DNA from: Gammaproteobacteria bacterium
Lineage (GTDB): Bacteria; Pseudomonadota; Gammaproteobacteria; UBA4575
DNA length: 64,000 bases
NCBI GenBank assembly: GCA_965222615.1
Contig: CBDCUI010000009.1
Location: 128,001-192,000, forward strand
Direction: 5' to 3'
A program made the position numbers and the translations under genes. Below are positions 19,512 to 29,941 of the stretch, one piece after another (the stretch's first letter is position 1; each line of letters starts with the position of its first letter). Under the pieces are notes generated by a model. It did no database searches and had not been told where the DNA came from. It was given only the letters and a program-made list of their open reading frames with translations.

Positions 19512-20051
19512 ATGCTTAGACTATATAGAAAATATAAAACTGCAGTAATAATAACTGTGCTAGCGATTTCGATAGTTGGAGTAGTCTACGTCATTAAAGG
19601 GAAAGCGCCTACTGGTGTAAAACTGGGTGGGATTAATGATTGCAAAAGAGCAATTGATAAGCGCAATAGATATAAGTGTTACATTGGCAATGCCATGGAG
19701 AGTAGTGATATTTCTTGGTGTAAAAAAATCCCGCTAAATTACTGTGTTAGTCATGAATATGGAAATTATTATGATTGGTGTATTAACAGGCTTGCAGTAG
19801 GGCATTTGAGAGCTGAGTTCTGTAAGGAAGTAAAGCATGAAGTTTCTCCATGCTTTCCGGTAGACGATCTGACAACCAGATGGCGAGATAAGTGTTATTG
19901 GGAGATTGCTGTTGAAATTGGTGATATGCCATTGTGTAACAAAATAAAAAGGCCAACATCACGGCATCTTTGCAAAGATGCTATTGACTGGAATCGCAGC
20001 GACCCGAACTATCCAAGTAAAAAACCTGGAATGCGTCGTTGGCCAGAATAA
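19512..20051 (+). CDS. Exported/membrane-anchored Cys-rich repeat protein
   Basis: N-terminal TM helix; 10 Cys in about three C-x13-C-xx-[IV] units; ATG 19512 (ORF track 19500). Confidence 0.7.
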   Translation: MLRLYRKYKTAVIITVLAISIVGVVYVIKGKAPTGVKLGGINDCKRAIDKRNRYKCYIGNAMESSDISWCKKIPLNYCVSHEYGNYYDWCINRLAVGHLRAEFCKEVKHEVSPCFPVDDLTTRWRDKCYWEIAVEIGDMPLCNKIKRPTSRHLCKDAIDWNRSDPNYPSKKPGMRRWPE

Positions 20052-20494
20052 ATCCACGAAGGTCAGTTTGGTCATACCCTAGTTTAATAAGTAGTTTGAA
20101 AAAGGTTAAATTGATTAAGCCTTAACTTTGATTATGGTGGTTTAGGCGCTTTGTTTGGTAGACATATTGAGGTTATTGGAGGCGTTTATACGAAAACACT
20201 AGAAGGGAAGGTTATTGCTGCAGCATTTGCAGATTCTTACTAGCAATATGGTCCTTGCATTACTTTAATTATTGGGCCCAAACAGTTAAAAACGGTTTGA
20301 ATAAAAGTGGTAAAACTGGGAGCAGGAAAGTAAATCTCTCCTGAAGCGATTGATTTTATCGTTATACGGAATCTGCTATTGATCATACTTTATTTTCACG
20401 AAGTCAAAACTCTTTCAATAGAATTTTATGGAAATCAAATCGTTTGTTGATAAGATATAATGCGGGCTTTAATAAATAAGTAACTAATGATGCC

Positions 20495-20523
20495 AACCTC
20501 GGTGCTGTTATCGAGGTTTTTTT
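20495..20523 (+). terminator. Intrinsic terminator-like hairpin upstream of tRNA-Cys
   Basis: AACCTCGGT-GCTGTT-ATCGAGGTT followed by a T run. Confidence 0.55.
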
Positions 20524-20551
20524 ATATTATCGGTGTTGGATATTCGTTTTA

Positions 20552-20625
20552 GGCTAGGTGGCAGAGTGGTTATGCAGCGGCCTGCAAAGCCGTGGACACC
20601 GGTTCGATTCCGGTCCTAGCCTCCA
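20552..20625 (+). tRNA. cysT: tRNA-Cys(GCA)
   Basis: GGCTAGG acceptor stem, anticodon loop CTGCAAA, GGTTCGATTCC T arm, encoded CCA; 74 nt. Confidence 0.97.
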
Positions 20626-20831
20626 TAAGATCGATTAAATATTGACCACTCCCATGCGGAAACAACTATTTATCAATAATTGCTGCGGTTATATTGTAAC
20701 CGCTTGATTTTTAGCCCCGTATTCCCAAATTAATACAACAAGAGTAGTCATCATTAACACACAATAAAAAAGCCTGCCTACATCACATATCTCAGACACT
20801 TATCTTTATATGTGATAAGGACAACAATTAA

Positions 20832-21027
20832 TTCGTGTACTTTCTACAATTTGATTTGATTGTTTGACAAGTTGCAAACTTGCTTGTGCCTGTGACCTCG
20901 AACTTTCAGTGGATTCTTGAGTCTGTTTCATCGCTTCACCCGCCTGTTCTGCAAGTGTAGTTCCTTCGCGTGCACTTTCGGTTAATCGTTGAACTTCATC
21001 TGCAACTGCAGCAAATTCTCGGCCAGC
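20832..21027 (-). pseudogene. Inverted, internally deleted fragment of the pilJ signalling domain
   Basis: Reverse complement matches 24487-24549, 24643-24708 and 24742-24811 with two in-frame deletions (96 and 33 bp); preceded by a stop codon, no start codon. Confidence 0.85.
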
Positions 21028-21770
21028 CTACAGTTGTTAAAAATTGTTCTAGATAATTTTGTCCTTCCCTGGCCATAGTCTTATAAATTGATCTCTGAAA
21101 ATATTTATTTCTTACTCAATCAGTGATGCGTAATTGAATGTAAATTGCAGATTTGACTAAAATAGTTATTAATTTTCAGACAGATATAAAGAAAAACAGG
21201 TGAAGGAAATTATTAAATTATTACAAGTTATTGTTTAGTAATATATTAATAATTAGCTTTGTTCTCTGTCAGCGTCAAACTTATGACTTGCTTTTGCGAA
21301 GGTAGGTCATCTATGTATGTTAATTGCAGTCGTTGTGATGCACATAACTATTTTTCTAGAGTTTTGCGTGCGTTACTCAATTTATTTAATAGAGTTTCTT
21401 TATCTGCAAGATCTCAATATTTAACTAGCTTGATCAAGCTAAATTTTTATTGACAAAATCTGCGAATACAGTCAGAGTTAAGATTATAAGCACAGATCTG
21501 TGCATACTCATAACGTATACATAACAAAAATCCGTAACATAGCTATTACCAGGCAGGGGTTCACGTGTGTGAATTGGCTCAAGCATTTGTGTTGAGCTTT
21601 GCGGGATTCAAAAAAACCGTAATGTTCTCAAATTAATTTTTTGTAATGACTGAAAGTCGTAACGATACATATTTCTTAGTCAATTCTACTGACTAAGATG
21701 AGTTAATATTTTTATAACCTATGCAGAAAGTGTTAGTGCAAAATTGTAGTATGTTTTTAGTAGAATCATA

Positions 21771-22130
21771 ATGAACAAAGTACTTATTGTAGATGATTCA
21801 AAGCCTGATTTAGAAAATCTAAAATCAATAATATCTAGTGCTGGATTTCATGTAATAACAGCTACTTCTGGTGAGGAAGCAGTTGAGAAAGCTAAGAGTA
21901 ATAAACCAAACTTGATTTTTATGGATGTAATTATGGATAACAAGGATGGTTTTGAAGCATGTCGTGAAATTACTGCAGATAAAAACACAAAAAATATTCC
22001 TATAGTCTTTGTTACAGGCAAGTGTCAAAAAGCCGATCGGGTATGGGCTGAGTTGCAGGGAGGTAAAGCATTAATTGGCAAACCTTATACGCCTGATCAA
22101 ATTGTTTCGCAAATTATTAAGTATATCTGA
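21771..22130 (+). CDS. pilH: PilH-like single-domain response regulator
   Basis: LIVDD, FMDVIM, DGFEACR, ADRVWAELQGG..KPY. Confidence 0.85.
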   Translation: MNKVLIVDDSKPDLENLKSIISSAGFHVITATSGEEAVEKAKSNKPNLIFMDVIMDNKDGFEACREITADKNTKNIPIVFVTGKCQKADRVWAELQGGKALIGKPYTPDQIVSQIIKYI

Positions 22131-22711
22131 TGGAAGAACCTATCAAATTATCTGGTGTGACTTTATCAGATAAGTTAAGCGAAATGGGTTTGCGTACGGG
22201 GTGGGTAGAGAAGCATGCTGAATTGATCGCCAAACTCGAAGCTGAGTATCAATCATCTCATGATGAAAAAGATGATTCATTAGATACTCGCTATTATGGG
22301 TTCAGAGTTGGTAATTTGAATTTACTGATATCAGAGGAAATGTCTTCTGAAATTCTTGAAGATAGTACTATCAATCCAATACTTCTTGCGCCTAATTGGC
22401 TAATAGGCGTATGTAATGTACGTGGTGACATCGTTCCCATAATCGATTTAGAGCAAATCGTAACCAGTAAAATCGGCATTACTGAGCCTAGGAAGTATAA
22501 AACACTAATTTTAAGCCAAGAAGGAAATTCTATAGGTCTTCTACTCGCAAAGTTACCAGTATCAATATATTTCAATAAAGAAGAACGTGTAAGCAACTAT
22601 TCTAAATTGCCTGAGTTAATACAACCTTTTACAACAATTGCTTATGAAAGAAAACAAAATATTTGGACATGTCTTGATTTTTCCACTTTTATTTCATCAT
22701 TTTCAAATTAG
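22130..22711 (+). CDS. pilI: CheW/PilI-like coupling protein
   Basis: APNWLIGVCNVRGDIVPIIDL. Confidence 0.82.
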   Translation: MEEPIKLSGVTLSDKLSEMGLRTGWVEKHAELIAKLEAEYQSSHDEKDDSLDTRYYGFRVGNLNLLISEEMSSEILEDSTINPILLAPNWLIGVCNVRGDIVPIIDLEQIVTSKIGITEPRKYKTLILSQEGNSIGLLLAKLPVSIYFNKEERVSNYSKLPELIQPFTTIAYERKQNIWTCLDFSTFISSFSN

Positions 22712-22749
22712 CAAAAACCAACTGCGCTAGCATTTGGAGGAATAGTAAT

Positions 22750-25053
22750 ATGATAGATTCAAACAAGTTTTTAGATATCAAAATCACAAAAAAACTTACT
22801 CTACTGTTTATAGCGGTCACTTTAGGTTTTATAGCAATAGCTCTGACTTATTGGTTTGTAATTAAGAATGAGCGTGAGGCTACTGATAGATCTAACTTGT
22901 ATATTAAATATGGTCAACTCGTAAGTGATGCTCAAAAAAACTATTTCAAGGTAAGACGATTTGAAAAAGACTTTTTGTTAAGCATATCTGCCTCAACAGG
23001 TCAGACATATAACAATACACCACTTGAAGAGCATGCGCGATATGTTCAGTTACTGAAAAAAAACATGGAACAGTTACGGGCTTTAAGTAATATCATAGAT
23101 TCCACGACACCTGATGAAATTGTTATTGAAGATATTGAATTACCGATTGAGTATTTATCTCAGTTGGTAATACAAGCCTCTACAGTAGTAAATGACTACG
23201 TAGCATCATTTGATGATATTGTGAAATTTAATCAAGTAGTTGGTTTTACAGATACAGAAGGACTGCGACAAGAGGCAAACTTATTACTTAGTCAAATTGA
23301 AAATAAAATTGGAGATGCAAATAACTCTAACTTGTTTACAGTATTAGCAAAGTTAAGAGCACATGAGAATCATATACTGCAATCCATTGACTTAACTGAA
23401 TCTTTCGAAGATCTAAAATTACAGCATCAAAAATTTAATTCATCGTTGAGTGATTCAGGTTTAATTTCCGATAAAGATAAACCGGTTTTACTCAACGTTA
23501 TGAATAACTACCTTAATATCATCAATGATATTGTAGCTAACAAACGCAATGCAAATGAGTATACAGAACTGTATGACTTCATGCTTGGACCGCTTTTTGA
23601 TGAAATGGGTCAATCTTCAGAATTAAGTATATTGCAAAATCAAGCTGCTCAAGAAAAAACAACCTATACTATTACAGTATTTGTAGCGTTAGCACTCATC
23701 GCAATTGCTACACTTATTTCACTCTTACTATATTTATTTGGTTATAGCGTAACCAAACCAATCAATGCGTTTGTGGATGCAATACATGAGGTTAATCAAG
23801 GAAATTTGCATGTGCGCACAAAGTTAAATCGTAAAGATGAATTAGGTGAGTTATCAAAGGCTTTTGATAAACTCTTAGATGAAAAAGTAACACAACTTTC
23901 AATCTCAGAAAAAAATAATAATGAATTAAATGATTCTGTCATATCTCTATTAAATTCCGTAGCTCTGCTAAGTAAAAAAGATTTTACTGTAAAAGCACCA
24001 GTTTTTGAGGATGTTACAGGAGCATTAGGCGATTCATTAAATTTGCTAACGAAAGAAACTGCATCCGCTCTTAGTGATGTAAAAGAAATTTCCGTTCGTG
24101 TTGTTGTTGAGTCTAATCGAATTCAGCGACAGTCTAAATTTGTGATGGCAGTTGCCGAAAAAGAGCGACGCCAAGTTGAAGGAACGATGTATGAACTCAA
24201 TAAATCTTCGGAAGCAATGAATAAAATTTCATGGGATGCAACTGAGGCAAATAAACGGGCAGATAACGCATTAGATAATACCCAATCAGCTTTAGGAGCC
24301 GTAAATCGCTCTATCGATGGCATAAATAGTATTCGAGATACTATTCGAGAAACTGAAAAACGAATCAAAAGGCTAGGTGAGCGATCCCAAGAAATTACTG
24401 GCATCGTAAATTTAATTAATAGTATTGCAGAGCGTACACATATTTTAGCACTTAATGCCAGTATGCATGCCGCATCAGCTGGAGAAGCTGGCCGGGGATT
24501 TGCAGTAGTTGCTGATGAAGTTCAACGATTAGCCGAAAGTGCTCGAGAGGCAACTACTGAAATTGATTCATTAGTTAATAACATACGCGTGGAGACAAAA
24601 GACACTGTAACAGCAATGAATACAGCTATAAGTCAAGTTACTGAAGGAACTACACTTGCAGAACAGGCGGGTGAAGCGATGAAACAGACTCAAGAATCTA
24701 CTGAAAGTCTTGTGAAAGCTGTAAATCAAATCACTGAAAGCTCAAGGTCACAGGCACAAGCAAGTTTGCAACTTGTCAAACAATCAAATCAAATTGTAGA
24801 AAGTACACGAAAGACTGATCATCATTTGCATTTGCAAGTGAAAAATGCCAACAACCTGGTTCGATATTCAAATATGCTATTAGCTACCGTTGGAATCTTT
24901 AGGTTACCTGTAACGGAGAAGGAACAGCAAAATAAACCTAAGATCACAGAAATTCCAGCTAATGCAAAATTACGTAGTGGTATTACGACTGCAAAAATAG
25001 AAAATAGAGATAAAACTTCTCAAACTGATAAAGCCGAACTTGTAACCGCGTAG
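22750..25053 (+). CDS. pilJ: Methyl-accepting chemotaxis protein, PilJ-like
   Basis: Two TM helices, HAMP, RETEKRIKRLGERSQEI, LALNASMHAASAGEAGRGFAVVADEVQRLAE. Confidence 0.9.
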   Translation: MIDSNKFLDIKITKKLTLLFIAVTLGFIAIALTYWFVIKNEREATDRSNLYIKYGQLVSDAQKNYFKVRRFEKDFLLSISASTGQTYNNTPLEEHARYVQLLKKNMEQLRALSNIIDSTTPDEIVIEDIELPIEYLSQLVIQASTVVNDYVASFDDIVKFNQVVGFTDTEGLRQEANLLLSQIENKIGDANNSNLFTVLAKLRAHENHILQSIDLTESFEDLKLQHQKFNSSLSDSGLISDKDKPVLLNVMNNYLNIINDIVANKRNANEYTELYDFMLGPLFDEMGQSSELSILQNQAAQEKTTYTITVFVALALIAIATLISLLLYLFGYSVTKPINAFVDAIHEVNQGNLHVRTKLNRKDELGELSKAFDKLLDEKVTQLSISEKNNNELNDSVISLLNSVALLSKKDFTVKAPVFEDVTGALGDSLNLLTKETASALSDVKEISVRVVVESNRIQRQSKFVMAVAEKERRQVEGTMYELNKSSEAMNKISWDATEANKRADNALDNTQSALGAVNRSIDGINSIRDTIRETEKRIKRLGERSQEITGIVNLINSIAERTHILALNASMHAASAGEAGRGFAVVADEVQRLAESAREATTEIDSLVNNIRVETKDTVTAMNTAISQVTEGTTLAEQAGEAMKQTQESTESLVKAVNQITESSRSQAQASLQLVKQSNQIVESTRKTDHHLHLQVKNANNLVRYSNMLLATVGIFRLPVTEKEQQNKPKITEIPANAKLRSGITTAKIENRDKTSQTDKAELVTA

Positions 25054-25103
25054 GTAAATACTAATTATCTAAGTTATTCAAAATTAAGTTTACTCAAAAT
25101 TGT

Positions 25104-28100
25104 ATGCAAGAAGATCTTAGTATCCTTGAAGATTTATACAATTACATAAGGAAATGGTCCATTAATTCTGAAAATAAAGCAGAACATATAAATGAATTGC
25201 TGCTTGAGATTGAACTATTTTCAAACCAATTAGCTGAGCGTTCAAAAAAGTTTAAAAATTTTGAACTATTCCAGCATTGTTTAAAATTGCAAGATAATCT
25301 TGAAATACTTAAAGAGAATTCACCATCTCCTAATCAAATAAAGTTGCTTTGTGAATGGCCAATTCAGATGAGAAACTATTTACAAAATTATAAAAAGGAC
25401 AATTATAAAGAAGATTTAAAAAAGTTCTTATGTAATTCGAATTGGCCGAGTAGGTATAAAAGGAGCGAGATTGATTCATTGTTATCATCAGACTCTAAGA
25501 CTGACTCCAATATACAAGATAAAATTAAAAAGGGAAAATACTCAAAAGATTGTTCACCGGAGCAACAAGAGTTACTTGACCTAATTAATGTTGAACTATC
25601 TGTTCTTCTTAAGTCACAAAAAGAACTGGCATCAGATATTGATAAATTAGGGCATGATCACAAACAGCTTCTAGAAATAACAGAAGTACAAATCGAACAA
25701 ATAAAGCGTATTGGCTCTGCATCTAAAATGATTGGATTATCCGGTCTGCATCAGTTTTGTAACCACATACAAAAAAATTTTGCACATATTGAAAATAAGA
25801 ATCCTAAACAACTTATTTCTTTATTGTCGCAAATGCTTGCGTGGCCTGAAGTAATTCAGGCATATTTGCTTGATTTTGACAATTCAGACTCAATCCAAGC
25901 CTTATTGGAATATCTTAGCCAGGAAAACTGGCCAATTAAATTAAGTAAACAAGAACTTAATAAACTGCAGGCGTTATTTAATAAATCTATAGTTGAGCCG
26001 GATATAAGTAACGCCCATAAACGGATCCGGAAAGCTACTCCGAAATTAGTTAGCCTAAAAGTGTCTGAGGATATAGATACAGATATCTTTAACAGTTTTA
26101 TGCTTGATTTGCCTGTGCAAACTGAAGAATTATCAAACGCTGTACAAAATTTGTGTGATAACAACTTTCTTGAATATCTTGAAATTGCCGAGCGGATTAC
26201 ACATACCCTAAAAAGTGCAGCGAATACTGTCGGCATACAGGGTATAGCTAACTTGACTCATCATTTAGAGGATATATTTTCGGCTTTGCTAAAATTAAAA
26301 ATGAAACCATCGAAATGCCTTCATGAAACAATCCAAAATGCTACAGATAGTTTAGAAGAAATGTCAGAATACTTAGAGGGTGCAGGTTCATTTCCAGATA
26401 AGTCAGTACAAGTGTTGCAAGAAATTTTAGATTGGACAAATAATATAGATGAACACGGTATCAACTACCTAAAAGAATCAAAAAAAGGTGAGGTTGACTC
26501 TAGTGTTCCACAGAACCTTACTGCTGAATCAAAACTTAATCAGAGATACAACGCAACTTCTAAAAACTCAAAAAAGATGTCTACGGAATTATCGCTTCGA
26601 ATTTCCGCATGTCTAGTAGATGGCTTACTTAAGCGTGCCGGTGAAAACATCATTTCTAACGAACAGGTTCGTGAATTAGTTTTACATTTGAAATCCTCCA
26701 TACAACATTTAAGCACTAATAATAAAAAAATTAAAACGCTTGCCCAAGAACTTGATAATTTAATTGGCATTCGTGGATTTTCACCTCGCCAGGATTCACT
26801 CACAACAAATAGAGACTTTGATCCACTTGAAATGGATCAGTTTAATGAATTACATACATTTGCAAATCAATTTATGGAAACTTCATATGATTCTGTGGAG
26901 TTTTTGCATGAAATTGAAGAATCATTGTTGAAACTTGAAAAGCTCTCCATCAATCAAGTACGCAATCTACATGAGAATCAGGAAGCAGTTTTGCGAATTC
27001 GTATGATACCTGTACAGAGTATTGTTCCCAGATTAAAACGAGCTGTCAGACAAGCATGTAAATCATCAAATAAATTAGCCAAATTAGAAATTTTTGGTGA
27101 GCATATTCATGTTGATAGTGAGTATATACACCAACTCGTGGATCCAATAATGCATATCCTGCGTAATGCAATTGATCATGGAATTGAAACACCCGATCTA
27201 AGAGTTAAACATAGTAAAAATGCAGAAGGAAAAATACAGCTCATTTTTAAAAAAGAAGGCAATCTAATACGGGTTATTTGTCGAGACGATGGTAATGGTT
27301 TGGATCTAGGATTAATTAAATCAAAAGCTATCGAAAAAGGATTGTTAAATAAAAATGAAGAATTTACCAAGGAGCTTGCAATACAAATTATACTTCAACA
27401 TGGATTTTCGACCAAAGACAAAGTGTCACAGCTTTCAGGACGTGGTGTTGGATTAGCTGCAGTTTTTACAAAAATCCATGAAATGAAAGGATCTATAGAA
27501 ATAGAAACTGATAAAGATGTCGGTGTCAAAGTTGAAATTGCAATTCCAACAACTTTCAATTCTGTGCATGCCCTTATAGCTCTTTGTGATGACAGTACTG
27601 TTGCAATATCAAACCGAGGTATCGATGAAATTTTATATGCTGGCGCAGGAAATATTATTTCAAAATCAGGCCAGTGCTATTTTAAGTATCTACAGCAGCA
27701 ATACCCAGTTTTTGATCTACAATTCATGCTTGATAAAACAGAAAAAAATAGTCCAGTCGATGATAGAGTAATTCTGATTATAAGTGATGATGCGAATAAA
27801 AAATATGCTGTCACAGTAGACAAAATTTATGATACTCGAGATGTTGTAGTTAAGCCATTAGGCAAATTCATTCCAAAAATTTTAGGATTGCTTGGAACTA
27901 CCATATTAGGTGATGGTAGAATAATAACAGTTATTGATATGATTGAATTGATTCAAACTTCAAGTAGATCTTCTGAAACTAGCGAGCCTAGTAAAAAAGT
28001 TCAAAAGTCGATAGAACATCAACATGCACTTATTGTAGAAGATGCAATTAGCACGCGGAAGTCTCTTGCACAATTTATGCGAGATATTGGATTTGTCGTA

Positions 28101-28385
28101 AATACAGCTAAGGATGGTGTAGAGGCAATTAACCTTATCCAAAAGCAAATTCCCTCAATTGTATTAACAGATCTGGAAATGCCACGTATGAATGGGTTAG
28201 AACTGTCGGATCATCTTCGATCGAATAAAGAGACTGAATTCACACCTATTATAATGATTACTTCTAAATCAACAGAAAAACACAGAGAAGAAGCGAAACG
28301 TTTGGGCGTGTCAGCATATATTACTAAGCCTTACGATGAAGACGAACTACTTGAGTTAATAAATTCATTTAAAGTTATTGCATAA
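25104..28385 (+). CDS. chpA: ChpA/CheA-like hybrid histidine kinase (Hpt-HATPase-CheW-REC)
   Basis: Hpt HTLKS, FDPLEMDQF, HILRNAIDHGIE, GFST..SGRGVGL, CheW domain, C-terminal receiver TDLEMPRMNG. Confidence 0.88.
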   Translation: MQEDLSILEDLYNYIRKWSINSENKAEHINELLLEIELFSNQLAERSKKFKNFELFQHCLKLQDNLEILKENSPSPNQIKLLCEWPIQMRNYLQNYKKDNYKEDLKKFLCNSNWPSRYKRSEIDSLLSSDSKTDSNIQDKIKKGKYSKDCSPEQQELLDLINVELSVLLKSQKELASDIDKLGHDHKQLLEITEVQIEQIKRIGSASKMIGLSGLHQFCNHIQKNFAHIENKNPKQLISLLSQMLAWPEVIQAYLLDFDNSDSIQALLEYLSQENWPIKLSKQELNKLQALFNKSIVEPDISNAHKRIRKATPKLVSLKVSEDIDTDIFNSFMLDLPVQTEELSNAVQNLCDNNFLEYLEIAERITHTLKSAANTVGIQGIANLTHHLEDIFSALLKLKMKPSKCLHETIQNATDSLEEMSEYLEGAGSFPDKSVQVLQEILDWTNNIDEHGINYLKESKKGEVDSSVPQNLTAESKLNQRYNATSKNSKKMSTELSLRISACLVDGLLKRAGENIISNEQVRELVLHLKSSIQHLSTNNKKIKTLAQELDNLIGIRGFSPRQDSLTTNRDFDPLEMDQFNELHTFANQFMETSYDSVEFLHEIEESLLKLEKLSINQVRNLHENQEAVLRIRMIPVQSIVPRLKRAVRQACKSSNKLAKLEIFGEHIHVDSEYIHQLVDPIMHILRNAIDHGIETPDLRVKHSKNAEGKIQLIFKKEGNLIRVICRDDGNGLDLGLIKSKAIEKGLLNKNEEFTKELAIQIILQHGFSTKDKVSQLSGRGVGLAAVFTKIHEMKGSIEIETDKDVGVKVEIAIPTTFNSVHALIALCDDSTVAISNRGIDEILYAGAGNIISKSGQCYFKYLQQQYPVFDLQFMLDKTEKNSPVDDRVILIISDDANKKYAVTVDKIYDTRDVVVKPLGKFIPKILGLLGTTILGDGRIITVIDMIELIQTSSRSSETSEPSKKVQKSIEHQHALIVEDAISTRKSLAQFMRDIGFVVNTAKDGVEAINLIQKQIPSIVLTDLEMPRMNGLELSDHLRSNKETEFTPIIMITSKSTEKHREEAKRLGVSAYITKPYDEDELLELINSFKVIA

Positions 28386-28476
28386 AATGTGAGGAATTGC
28401 CGTATATTGATTTCTTTTGTAGATATTCGTATACATATTTTTATTTTGCAACGATGAGCAGGATTGATTTACTAAA

Positions 28477-29361
28477 ATGACTGAAGTTCAAGATTTAACA
28501 TTCGAGATTAATGATGAAACAGCTCGAACCATAGATGAAAGTTCTTTCAGCTTGGATACAGAGATTCCGGGCTATGAAGTAGTTGGTATTTGCGGTAGTG
28601 GTAGCACTGCTAAAGTTTATGTAGCTATCCAAAAATCATTAAGCCGTCAAGTCGCACTAAAAGTTATGCATCCTCGTCTAGCGTCTGATGAGGAACGTGT
28701 CAGCCGGTTTTTACATGAAGGACGCATAAATGGAAATCTTTCTCATGCCAATATCGTGCCGATTCATAATATTGGAACAGTAAATGATATGCACTACATT
28801 TCGATGGAATATATGCCTTGGGGTAATTTACGTCGACACCTCGAAACTAAACTTGAGCTTGATTGGATATTTGAAATTATAAAGCAAATTGCATTAGCTT
28901 TATCTTATTCACACGAACATGGGTTCATTCATCGAGATATTAAGCCTGAAAATATTTTATTTCGGGATGAAAACTCGGCAGTTCTCTCTGATTTTGGTAT
29001 TGCAGATGAACTAGAGCATCGTACTGAAATTATAAGCAAATCGAATCAAGGCACACCTAAGTACATATGTCCTGATCTGATTCGTTCTAGTCCAATTGGT
29101 CCTAGCTCTGACATTTACTCCCTAGGGGTAGTATTTTTTGAAATGCTTACTGGCAACCCTCCATATGAAAGTGGGACGCGACCCTACACAAGAAAAGATA
29201 CAATAACGGTTCTATTTGCACATTTGCGTAAACCAATACCTGAATTACCACCCGAATTCCAACACATACAACCTTTAATTAATAAAATGTTGGCAAAGGA
29301 TCCTAAAGACCGCTTTTATAAGGCAAGTGATGTAATTGAAGCGATTGCAAGCCTTAGTTAA
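28477..29361 (+). CDS. Soluble kinase-only Ser/Thr protein kinase, paralogue of 9338..11716
   Basis: VALK, HRDIKPEN, DFG, GTPKY, DIYSLG; no TM helix. Confidence 0.9.
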   Translation: MTEVQDLTFEINDETARTIDESSFSLDTEIPGYEVVGICGSGSTAKVYVAIQKSLSRQVALKVMHPRLASDEERVSRFLHEGRINGNLSHANIVPIHNIGTVNDMHYISMEYMPWGNLRRHLETKLELDWIFEIIKQIALALSYSHEHGFIHRDIKPENILFRDENSAVLSDFGIADELEHRTEIISKSNQGTPKYICPDLIRSSPIGPSSDIYSLGVVFFEMLTGNPPYESGTRPYTRKDTITVLFAHLRKPIPELPPEFQHIQPLINKMLAKDPKDRFYKASDVIEAIASLS

Positions 29362-29941
29362 AAGTTTACTGATAGCTTTTTGCTATATACAGCCATTTTA
29401 AAAAAGATAGAGTGCTGAACATTTAATAGCGCAAAATAAATTTTTTATAAAAATTTGTTGTTAATTTGCAAACACGTCCTAGCCTCTAATTTATATATTA
29501 AACAGTAAGTTATATAAATTTATTAAAGTTGTATAATAGCTTTGGTCAATTCGATATTACGCTGTATTTCAACTCCCCAATAGGTGCGTTAACCAGCAAT
29601 ACATGTTCGCGGGCATATAAAGGCATTAAGTAAACCTTATTCCTTAATACATACTTTTTATGGCGGATATTTGATAAGTAGGCATTTAGGGACTAGGATT
29701 TGTATTATTTATGGACTAAATATAATTAATTTGTCCTGAATCAATAGAAAATCAGATTTTCATTGCCATAGTTGATATCTGGTTAAGTGCTATAAAACCA
29801 TTAGCACTCATCCCTAAGTTAGGCTCTAACCCTGTCTAATGCATATACCTTAATGTTTGGGCATGCATCAAGTTATGCGCACTTTCTGAATAAGATATGC
29901 AAAAGAAAGTTAATTTAGAAATAGAACAAGGAGAGTTTTTT

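Larger units (their letters stand above)
20626..29486. mobile_element. Probable old, integrase-less island inserted at the tRNA-Cys 3' end
   Basis: GTCCTAGCCTC at 20613-20623 (tRNA 3' end) repeated at 29476-29486; cargo is the Pil-Chp operon plus kinase; no integrase seen. Confidence 0.5.

Noticed and set aside
20130-20290. Possible orphan toxin-tip remnant (GGLGALFG... reading)
   Set aside because: Short, interrupted by stops, no Rhs core motif.
20832-21027. Template repeat of a diversity-generating retroelement
   Set aside because: Mismatches to pilJ are not confined to adenines, there are internal deletions, and no reverse transcriptase is in the window.
21259-21510. 64-aa ORF, or on the minus strand a decayed N-terminus of the MCP remnant
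   Set aside because: Short frames with stops and no recognisable motif; neither reading can be supported.
29786-29809. CIRCE element upstream of fadL
   Set aside because: TTAGCACTC is present but the arms are in the wrong order (AGTGCTA-N9-TAGCACT) and the downstream gene is not a chaperone; it may still be another operator.
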